Made by a program: the position numbers and the translations under genes
Virus record (IMG/VR): IMGVR_UViG_3300023048_000002
Span: 107,341 to 171,340 of that record
Origin: a virus
Taxonomy: Duplodnaviria; Caudoviricetes
Length of the DNA stretch: 64,000 nucleotides
Reading direction: 5' to 3' (one strand)
The notes under the pieces: model-generated
Seen by the model: only the letters and a program-made list of their open reading frames with translations
Told to the model about the DNA's origin: nothing
The model's database searches: none
Shown: piece by piece, positions 17,917-24,491 of the stretch
Layout of the letters: every line of letters starts with the position of its first letter
Numbering within the stretch: position 1 is the first letter of the stretch

Positions 17917-18379
17917 TTAAAAATTCCGTAGGGTCAATAAGTGATTCTGGCATGGGATCGTTATGATACCACCATACTGTCTTAGTTGTGCCAGCTTTAT
18001 GTATTTCAAAATGTAACATACACGTAGGTGTAACACCTTTATCCTTTTTCAGGACTTGCTTAATGTTTCCTATATGATCACCAACCTTAACTGGATGACC
18101 AACAGTTACGCCATCAAGTATGTCTATTTCACCGTAAACGAGGACACCAGACGATCCCTCTACAAGGAGTGCCCAAGTATCGTTCCACCATGGGGAATCC
18201 GCGTGTGAGCCTGTGAAGGCTTCTATGGCTACAACAATTCCATCTTCGATAGCCATAACTAGGTCACCATCATTACAATAAATGTCGATACCAGTGTGTG
18301 TATCAAATCTGCGAATGGAGCCGAATGCACCGGGATCACCTACAGTAGGGATTGGGTGTGTGTTAGTTACTGGTTTCAT
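17903..18379 (-). CDS. M23 family metallopeptidase
   Basis: HTGID (HxxxD) and LHFEI motifs. Confidence 0.8.
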   Translation of the reverse strand: MKPVTNTHPIPTVGDPGAFGSIRRFDTHTGIDIYCNDGDLVMAIEDGIVVAIEAFTGSHADSPWWNDTWALLVEGSSGVLVYGEIDILDGVTVGHPVKVGDHIGNIKQVLKKDKGVTPTCMLHFEIHKAGTTKTVWWYHNDPMPESLIDPTEFLNGIY

Positions 18380-18701
18380 GATTATCGTATTCAAAGATTC
18401 TTACTTCGTAAGATTGGTTACTAACATCACGGCGAAGAAGTGCAAGACTGATCGAAAAATTACCAAGATTGAATTCATGGATTTCAGTGAAGTGGGTGTC
18501 CATCATACCTGCTGGTTCACCACCGTGCTTTCTGGCGGCTGCGATTCTCTGGTAAGTGCTTCTACCAATCGATCCTTTCATGATCACAACATCGATTCCC
18601 ATTTCATCGAAAATCTTATTGATGATTTTCATATGGACATCTGGAATCTCCATTGGGATTCGTGGATCACTGTAACCTTGATTCCAATCTGGCTTGTTCA
18701 T
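18363..18701 (-). CDS. hypothetical protein
   Basis: 112-aa ORF. Confidence 0.6.
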   Translation of the reverse strand: MNKPDWNQGYSDPRIPMEIPDVHMKIINKIFDEMGIDVVIMKGSIGRSTYQRIAAARKHGGEPAGMMDTHFTEIHEFNLGNFSISLALLRRDVSNQSYEVRIFEYDNHETSN

Positions 18702-18721
18702 CTTTAAAATTCTCTTAAATG

Positions 18722-18752
18722 AAAAAAACTCTTAGGATATCCTAAGAGTTTT
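18722..18752 (-). terminator. terminator ending the large tRNA array
   Basis: AAAACTCTTAGGA/TCCTAAGAGTTTT followed by T tract. Confidence 0.8.
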
Positions 18753-18757
18753 AGTGT

Positions 18758-18832
18758 TGGGGACCACGGAGAGGATCGAACTCTCTTATTCTGATTCACA
18801 GTCAGATACATTACCATTATGATACGTGGAAC
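18758..18832 (-). tRNA. tRNA-His (GTG)
   Basis: TCTGA-CTGTGAA-TCAGA, G-1/C73, CCA; two acceptor-stem mismatches. Confidence 0.8.
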
Positions 18833-18840
18833 ATATAACT

Positions 18841-18932
18841 TGGTGGTTCCTGTAGGATTCGGACCTACATCGTTCGGTTATCTGCCGATCATGTCTTATA
18901 AGGACACCGCACTACCATTGTGCTAAGGAACC
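18841..18932 (-). tRNA. tRNA-Ile (TAT) with long variable arm
   Basis: GTGTC-CTTATAA-GACAT; V arm TCGG-CAGATAA-CCGA; CCA. Confidence 0.85.
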
Positions 18933-18937
18933 GTAAT

Positions 18938-19014
18938 TGGGAGTCGGTAGTAGGTAACGAACCTACATCTGCAACTACTACCGCTGCATGTTCTACAATT
19001 GAACTACACCTATC
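18938..19014 (-). ncRNA. atypical tRNA-like gene (anticodon not assignable)
   Basis: D arm GTTC/GAAC, T arm GTAGG-TTCGTTA-CCTAC, 6-bp anticodon stem with GGTAGTA loop, irregular acceptor, CCA. Confidence 0.6.
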
Positions 19015-19021
19015 ATAAAAA

Positions 19022-19098
19022 TGGCTCTTCGGGTGAGATTCGAACTCACGATCCTCTGATTAACAGTCAGATGCATTAGGCCGCTATGCTACCGAAGA
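19022..19098 (-). tRNA. tRNA-Asn (GTT)
   Basis: TCTGA-CTGTTAA-TCAGA, G73-CCA. Confidence 0.92.
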
Positions 19099-19104
19099 AT
19101 AAAC

Positions 19105-19180
19105 TGGCGATCCGGGTGGGGCACGATCCCACGACCCCAAAATTAACAATTTTGTGCTCTACCAACTGAGCTACCGAATC
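19105..19180 (-). tRNA. tRNA-Asn (GTT)
   Basis: CAAAA-TTGTTAA-TTTTG, G73-CCA. Confidence 0.9.
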
Positions 19181-19187
19181 ATAAAAC

Positions 19188-19279
19188 TGGTGGATGTGAC
19201 AGGATTTTCGCCTGTACTACTGCGGCAGGTTGCGTCATCGGCTTCCTGACGTAGTGTCTTAAACTTAACTTACACACCC
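19188..19279 (-). ncRNA. tRNA-like gene with non-canonical core
   Basis: Acceptor GGGTGTG/CACATCC-A-CCA, T-like arm ACAGG-CGAAAAT-CCTGT, internal CGTCA-9nt-TGACG hairpin. Confidence 0.6.
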
Positions 19280-19295
19280 ATAACTATTTGTGGAA

Positions 19296-19428
19296 TGGTT
19301 GGAATGGTTGGAATTGAACCAACATCACTGGCCTATAAGATCGAATCGTTGTCATTTGACCGCCTAAGCGTCTACCTAAGTAGAAACGATCTTTTGCCTA
19401 GCGCTCTACCTATTGAGCTACTATTCCA
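19296..19428 (-). ncRNA. tRNA-scaffold RNA with ~63-nt branched insert replacing the anticodon loop
   Basis: Canonical D arm GCTC-AATAGGTA-GAGC, T arm GTTGG-TTCAATT-CCAAC, acceptor and CCA; insert folds into a four-way junction. Confidence 0.7.
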
Positions 19429-19440
19429 TAAAACTAAATC

Positions 19441-19515
19441 TGGCAGAGCTAACGGGAATCGGACCCGTTTCTTATCCGTGACAGGGATAAATAATAACCA
19501 ATATACCATAGCTCT
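19441..19515 (-). tRNA. tRNA-Asp (GTC)
   Basis: TATCC-CTGTCAC-GGATA, G73-CCA. Confidence 0.88.
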
Positions 19516-19524
19516 GTAAAACTT

Positions 19525-19740
19525 TTAATCTTTCTTAATCCAAGCTAACTTAAGATGTGAAACTGGCTTATAGCCTGCATCAATTAACTCTTGTTCAGTT
19601 GGCCCATTCTTTGCAGCTTCAATATAGTCTTGCAAAGGTTTAGGGTCCATAGACTGAACACTTAGTAATTCTTCAGCAAACTTTCGTGGAATATCTATAC
19701 GAAGCTGTTTGATCAATTCTTTACGTTCTTCTTTTGTCAT
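19525..19740 (-). CDS. hypothetical protein
   Basis: 71-aa ORF inside the tRNA array. Confidence 0.65.
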   Translation of the reverse strand: MTKEERKELIKQLRIDIPRKFAEELLSVQSMDPKPLQDYIEAAKNGPTEQELIDAGYKPVSHLKLAWIKKD

Positions 19741-19754
19741 ATTTTTCTCTAAAT

Positions 19755-19839
19755 TGGTGGGACGCGCAGGAGTCGAACCTGCCTAGAACTTTCGTTCGCT
19801 GATTAAGAGTCAGATGCACAACCGCTATGCCAGCGTCCC
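19755..19839 (-). tRNA. tRNA-Lys (CTT) with variable arm
   Basis: Loop CTCTTAA; V arm GAAC-GAAA-GTTC; CCA. Confidence 0.85.
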
Positions 19840-19844
19840 AAATT

Positions 19845-19919
19845 TGGCGGAACATACGGGGATCGAACCCGTCTCAGCGCATAGACAGTGCGCCAGCCTC
19901 ACCAGATGCTTCATGCTCC
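19845..19919 (-). tRNA. tRNA-Asp (GTC)
   Basis: GCGCA-CTGTCTA-TGCGC, G73-CCA. Confidence 0.88.
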
Positions 19920-19920
19920 A

Positions 19921-20112
19921 TTAAAAATTTTTCTTCTTAAGTTGATCTAACTTTCGCTGACCAACATTACTTAATGAATTAAGAATTTCTTTATCAATTT
20001 CATGTAAAACAGCATCTACGATATGTCGAGTGCCTTTCTTTAATTGTTCTTCGGTGAACATTGGATACTTTTTTGCCAATTGATCTATTTCTTCAAATGT
20101 TATTTCAAACAT
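19921..20112 (-). CDS. small protein with major-capsid-like motif (EIDKEIL)
   Basis: 63-aa ORF, AAGGA RBS. Confidence 0.6.
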   Translation of the reverse strand: MFEITFEEIDQLAKKYPMFTEEQLKKGTRHIVDAVLHEIDKEILNSLSNVGQRKLDQLKKKNF

Positions 20113-20128
20113 TTTTTATCCTTTAATG

Positions 20129-20205
20129 TGGTGGTTCCTATAGGTTTCGCACCTATGACCTCACGGTTATCAGCCATGCGCTCTAACTATCTGAGCTAAG
20201 GAACC
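20129..20205 (-). tRNA. tRNA-Ile (GAT)
   Basis: CATGG-CTGATAA-CCGTG, CCA. Confidence 0.92.
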
Positions 20206-20214
20206 ATTTAAAAC

Positions 20215-20300
20215 TGGTGTAAGCGGTTGGATTCGAACCAACGTTTCCGCTAGGAGGCAGATTTACAGTCTGCTGGCATAAACCACTCGCCCACGCTTAC
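20215..20300 (-). tRNA. tRNA-Tyr (GTA)
   Basis: GCAGA-CTGTAAA-TCTGC, V arm, CCA. Confidence 0.92.
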
Positions 20301-20308
20301 ATAATTAT

Positions 20309-20533
20309 TTAATCTAAATCACAGTCGCTAATTTTATTATCTTTCATTAGATTCTTCAAAGCTTCAATCATCGGTTTATCGATATCTGCCTGAGTTACAC
20401 CAATCTTGGCGAACTCTATCATGATTTCTTCTTTTAAGATTCTAGCTAATTCATCTTCTACATCAATTCCTAATTCAGTTAAACGTTGAATATCTTCATC
20501 TGAAATTTTCTTATCTGACATAGTACTTTCCAT
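20309..20533 (-). CDS. small protein with major-capsid-like motif (GIDVEDELARILKEEI)
   Basis: 74-aa ORF with its own TTGACA-17-TATCAT promoter (~20542-20570). Confidence 0.6.
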   Translation of the reverse strand: MESTMSDKKISDEDIQRLTELGIDVEDELARILKEEIMIEFAKIGVTQADIDKPMIEALKNLMKDNKISDCDLD

Positions 20534-20583
20534 TTTTTATCATGATATCGAGCTATAAGCTGGTTGTCAATGATAATTTGAAT

Positions 20584-20659
20584 TGGTGAAGTCGATTGGA
20601 ATCGAACCAACGACGCGAACCTTTTCAGGGTTCCGCTCTACCAACTGAGCTACGACTTC
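20584..20659 (-). tRNA. tRNA-Phe (GAA)
   Basis: GAACC-CTGAAAA-GGTTC, CCA. Confidence 0.92.
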
Positions 20660-20808
20660 ATATTCTTCCAGTGTATCTTACAATCATTACGATTAACAAG
20701 TACTGGGATTTTCATATCTGGATTATCTTTCAACTCTTGAACAAGACGTTCGCGCTTTTTTCGCTGCAATTTATCCCATTCTTCTTTCGACAAGAATTTA
20801 ATATCCAT
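20650..20808 (-). CDS. hypothetical protein (52 aa, MDIKFLSKEEW...)
   Basis: Read by hand; GAGGT RBS; TTGACA-16-TAAGAT promoter at 20821-20848; stop overlaps the tRNA-Phe 5' end. Confidence 0.55.
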   Translation of the reverse strand: MDIKFLSKEEWDKLQRKKRERLVQELKDNPDMKIPVLVNRNDCKIHWKNMKS

Positions 20809-20857
20809 TTCTACCTCTACATCTTACAATGGTTATTTTCATTGTCAAGTTTTAATT

Positions 20858-20948
20858 TGGTGGGTGAGGACGGATTCGAACCGCCAACGCTTTTTAAAGT
20901 CCTGTTTTACAGACAGGTGTGACACTTACCAATAGTCACCACTCCCCC
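20858..20948 (-). tRNA. tRNA-Tyr (GTA) with enlarged D arm
   Basis: CCTGT-CTGTAAA-ACAGG; D stem GTGAC/GTCAC; CCA. Confidence 0.85.
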
Positions 20949-20965
20949 ATTACGGTATTTAAATT

Positions 20966-21040
20966 TGGTGGGTCTGGTGAGAATTGAACTCACTACGGTC
21001 GGATTAAAAGTCCGGTGCCTATCCATTTAGCTTCAAACCC
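20966..21040 (-). tRNA. tRNA-Lys (TTT)
   Basis: CGGA-CTTTTAA-TCCG, CCA. Confidence 0.9.
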
Positions 21041-21080
21041 AAATTTCGTTTTCAATTGTTAAACAACATTTTGTAGCAAT

Positions 21081-21105
21081 AAAAAAGCCCGCTTTTCGCG
21101 GGCTT
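21081..21105 (-). terminator. attenuator terminator upstream of the tRNA array
   Basis: AAGCCCGC-GAAAA-GCGGGCTT-TTTT, between the promoter and the first tRNA. Confidence 0.85.
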
Positions 21106-21131
21106 CTTTTCTGTTCCTTGTGGAGGGAGAT

Positions 21132-21230
21132 TTACATCTCTTGCGTTCCACTTCCTTCAGATAAAGAAGCACCATGACTATTTTTATAATCATTATTATG
21201 ATCGAAGTTTTTAATAAACTTGTTATTCAC
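21132..21230 (-). CDS. attenuator leader peptide MNNKFIKNFDHNNDYKNSHGASLSEGSGTQEM
   Basis: GTG start, weak GGA RBS, TAA stop; codons 2-17 all N/K/F/I/D/H/Y, matching the downstream tRNAs; contains the antiterminator strand. Confidence 0.75.
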   Translation of the reverse strand: MNNKFIKNFDHNNDYKNSHGASLSEGSGTQEM

Positions 21231-21258
21231 TGGGTGCGTCCGTTTGGTTAGTGGAGGA

Positions 21259-21307
21259 ATCTTAACATGATATTCTATCTTGTCAAGTCCTGTTAAATCT
21301 ATTTATA
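21259..21307 (-). promoter_or_regulatory. tandem late (TATAAATA) and sigma70 promoters for the leader/tRNA array
   Basis: TATAAATA at 21300-21307; TTGACA-16-TAAGAT with TGn extension at 21259-21286. Confidence 0.7.
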
Positions 21308-21311
21308 GTTG

Positions 21312-21752
21312 TTACTGAAGTTTGTCCAACTTTTTCAATTTTCCAGTTAATCTAATATCTGGATTGCTCACTGAAAGTAGAAGATTAGCTTTCATTGCTT
21401 CAGAGTTGGCGTAATTCTGTCCAGTTGTCATGCTTACCATTTTACCGTCAAACTTTAGAAGACTATGGTAGGTATCCTGACCACCATCCATTGCAAAAAT
21501 CTCAATCTTGATAGTGTTGTAATTTTTCAGTTTGATAAGTTCAAACAATGTAGCTAAAGCGTAGTCTATCTCATAAGTAATTGCAAGTAACAGCTTATCT
21601 CCTATTTCATCGCTCGTATCGCTCGTATCGCTCTTCAAGTCGTAGTTTATAACTTGATTCATCAATAGTTCACTGTCTATGGCGTTGCTTGAAATTCTCA
21701 ATCTAAATCTATTGGATAGGGAGGGCATGTAAAAGCTATCTGTAAATTGCAT
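21312..21752 (-). CDS. tail tube (gp19-like) paralog
   Basis: MP..SNRFRL, IEIFAMDGG, NYANSEAM motifs recalled from jumbo myophage tube proteins. Confidence 0.5.
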   Translation of the reverse strand: MQFTDSFYMPSLSNRFRLRISSNAIDSELLMNQVINYDLKSDTSDTSDEIGDKLLLAITYEIDYALATLFELIKLKNYNTIKIEIFAMDGGQDTYHSLLKFDGKMVSMTTGQNYANSEAMKANLLLSVSNPDIRLTGKLKKLDKLQ

Positions 21753-21808
21753 ATAATACCTTATTGTTTCAGGTATTTAGTGTACATCTAAAAAATTAAA
21801 AATCGTCA

Positions 21809-24415
21809 TTATGCTGGCTTAAATGCTGCCATTAACACTGCTGTATCAACTGTTCCACTTGCTGTCCACGATCCACTATAAGAGCCAATTGTTGAAGCTC
21901 TCGTATATGATGTTGCACCAACAACATAACCAAGGCTTGTTAATTCATTGACTTTAGTGTAGCCAGTGCTTGGGGTACATGTAATGGTTGCTGCGTAAGA
22001 GTTTACACCAATGAAGCTGAATACTAGTCCACCAGCTACTGCTGTTGCTACTGCTGTTCCTGTGAATGGGGAAGTGCTGGTAGCTACTGTGCTGAAACTA
22101 TCTAAAGCTATACCATTTCCATTTCCACCTGTAATAACTTCAGTCATCATCACTGATGGGTAGTCACTATCATAGGTAGCTGTAATTATATGGTTAGCAC
22201 CACCTGTTCCCTTTGCACAATAGAATAAGTGAACAAATCTTGTTTGTCCAGTATTTGTTGATGACAACTGATATCCACTTACCACCGGTGTATATGTGTT
22301 AGAAAATGTGTCTGTTATCACTGGAACATAACTTGATGCTGAAGTTACAAAAACAATGAATCCACTACCGGATACTTGTGTAGTTACTGGTGCTGTTGAT
22401 CCTTTTGAATAGTCTGTATATGAACCCTGTGATGCTGATCCAATATTAAACAACATTGCTCCAACTGATGGGGTTGGGGTTGGAGATAATGAGATTGATG
22501 GTGTTATTGATGGTGTGACTGTATGTGATGCGGTTGGTGTTGGGGTTTTGGTTGTTGTCTTTGTTAATGTAATTGTTGGGGTAATTGAATGTGTTGGGGT
22601 TACTGAAATTGTTGGTGAAGGTGTTGGTGATACTCCACCTGCTGATGTTATTGATGGTGTCAATGAGAGGGTAGGTGTTACCGTTACTGAAGAAGTAACT
22701 GTAATTGAAGGCGTCAATGTTGGTGTAACAGTTACCGGCGGTGTAGATGTTACTGAAGGTGTTATGGTAATTGACGCCGTAACTGTTGGTGTTATGGATA
22801 ATGAAATTGTTTGAGTTACGGATGGTGTCTGTGTTACGGATGGTGTGATAGTTGCACTAGGTGTAGATGTGTTTGTTGATGTTATAGATGGTGTAATAGT
22901 TGGCTCAGGAGTTTGAGTCAATGAAGGTGTGTTAGAGACTGATGGTGTCAATGTTGCAGTTTGCGTAGGTGTGACAGTTGATCCCGGTGTGTTTGTCATA
23001 CTAGGAGTAATTGAAAGAGTCTGCGTCACCGTAGGTGTAGCTGTTTGTGTTGGTGTTTCAGTAGGCAATGGTGTCATGCTTAAAGATTGTGTTACTGAAG
23101 GTGTTTGTGTGTTTGATGGTGTATTAGTAACTGATGGTGTTACTGTTATAGTAGGTGTCAAGCTTAAAGATACTGTAGGTGAAACTGTTACAGAAGTCGT
23201 TACTGTAGGTGTTGGTGTTCCACTCACTCCCGGTGTATTGGTCACTGATGGTGTAAGTGTTGGTGAAACTGTTATCGATGGTGTGGCTGTTACCGTTGGA
23301 GATAGTGTGACGGATGGAGTTACACTCAATGTTGATGTAACAGTTGGTGTGGTTGTGTGTGTAGGCGTTAATGTAACAGATGGTGTTAATGTAATAGATG
23401 GTGTTAATGAAATTGTAGCTGTCATCGTAGGTGTAGCTGTTGGTGTTCCTGTTACAGCAGGTGTTAACGTCTGCGTTGCTGTAGGTGTCGTTGTTTGTGT
23501 TGAAGTCAACGTAACTGATGGTGAGTTGGTTGGTGTCAAGGTAACACTTGGCGTAGCCGTTTTTGATGGTGTTGGCGTTGGTGTAGTGGTTCTTGTTTGT
23601 GTAGGAGTTAAGAATGGAACCTGAGTTCCTGTTGGTGTTAATGAGATGTTGTCATGAGACAAATCCATACCATTAATAATGTAATAACTACCTGATGGTG
23701 GTGAGAGTTTATAGTCTGGTCCAGAATATAATGTAAAGGTTATTGACAGTGATCTGGTTGAGCCTGTATTAAAAGAGAATTCTACTCTTCCACTATCACT
23801 GTAATCACCACCAACAATACCAGTGGAATCAGCTTTAATAGAAAATAGACCTTCGTCAGAATCACCAAAAATATCAATGGTCAAATAACGTGCTGTACTT
23901 TGATTGAAATTGAAGGCGAGGTGGTAGGAAATATTTGGAATAACGTCTACTTCAGATGAGAAAGAAACAACATCTGAACTGTTACCAGCCTGCGATAATA
24001 ATTTAATACTAGATGATCCTAGAATATCAACTCTACCATTGTAGGAATTCCACTCAACAGTATCCGTTGAAAGTAGATTTAATCTTTCATAATAGCTCAA
24101 TGAAACAGTCACAGATGGGGTGACTGTTGGATATGGTGTTCGTGTTACTGGTGGACTTGGTGTTTGTGTTAGCGTTGGTGTAGGTGTGATCAAGAACTGT
24201 CTTTTAATATCAGCATAACTTTTTAATGCAAACAATTGTGATTGAGAGAACTCATCAATTGTGTTTGTATCTGACATCATAAATTTGTAATGATATTCAC
24301 CATCAACAACACCAAGTACTTCGACACAGACACCATTACGGTAGTTCAAAGAACTATCCAACATCCATGCTACATCTTTCACCCTATAAGGGTAGCCGTG
24401 AATGTTTACGTTCAT
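21809..24415 (-). CDS. large Thr/Pro/Ser-rich (mucin-like) late protein
   Basis: ~390 aa of TPS/TPT repeats between globular domains; TATAAATA at 24441-24448. Confidence 0.8.
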   Translation of the reverse strand: MNVNIHGYPYRVKDVAWMLDSSLNYRNGVCVEVLGVVDGEYHYKFMMSDTNTIDEFSQSQLFALKSYADIKRQFLITPTPTLTQTPSPPVTRTPYPTVTPSVTVSLSYYERLNLLSTDTVEWNSYNGRVDILGSSSIKLLSQAGNSSDVVSFSSEVDVIPNISYHLAFNFNQSTARYLTIDIFGDSDEGLFSIKADSTGIVGGDYSDSGRVEFSFNTGSTRSLSITFTLYSGPDYKLSPPSGSYYIINGMDLSHDNISLTPTGTQVPFLTPTQTRTTTPTPTPSKTATPSVTLTPTNSPSVTLTSTQTTTPTATQTLTPAVTGTPTATPTMTATISLTPSITLTPSVTLTPTHTTTPTVTSTLSVTPSVTLSPTVTATPSITVSPTLTPSVTNTPGVSGTPTPTVTTSVTVSPTVSLSLTPTITVTPSVTNTPSNTQTPSVTQSLSMTPLPTETPTQTATPTVTQTLSITPSMTNTPGSTVTPTQTATLTPSVSNTPSLTQTPEPTITPSITSTNTSTPSATITPSVTQTPSVTQTISLSITPTVTASITITPSVTSTPPVTVTPTLTPSITVTSSVTVTPTLSLTPSITSAGGVSPTPSPTISVTPTHSITPTITLTKTTTKTPTPTASHTVTPSITPSISLSPTPTPSVGAMLFNIGSASQGSYTDYSKGSTAPVTTQVSGSGFIVFVTSASSYVPVITDTFSNTYTPVVSGYQLSSTNTGQTRFVHLFYCAKGTGGANHIITATYDSDYPSVMMTEVITGGNGNGIALDSFSTVATSTSPFTGTAVATAVAGGLVFSFIGVNSYAATITCTPSTGYTKVNELTSLGYVVGATSYTRASTIGSYSGSWTASGTVDTAVLMAAFKPA

Positions 24416-24456
24416 GTATATCCTATAATATCGATCAAAATATTTATAAGATTAAA

Positions 24457-24482
24457 TAAAAAAGGGTCACGTAATGTGACCC
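24457..24482 (-). terminator. intrinsic terminator
   Basis: GGGTCAC-ATTAC-GTGACCC followed by T tract. Confidence 0.75.
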
Positions 24483-24491
24483 AGTTCACAC

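Noticed and set aside
19291-19315. TGGAATGGT repeat at a tRNA-like 3' end as an att site
   Set aside because: Mostly the acceptor and T-stem sequence itself; only 9 bp and no integrase nearby.
21609-21633. 9-bp tandem repeat ATCGCTCGT
   Set aside because: In-frame SDT micro-duplication inside a CDS.
22515-23624. Val/Gly-rich plus-strand ORFs
   Set aside because: Antisense mirror of the Thr/Pro repeats in 21809-24415.
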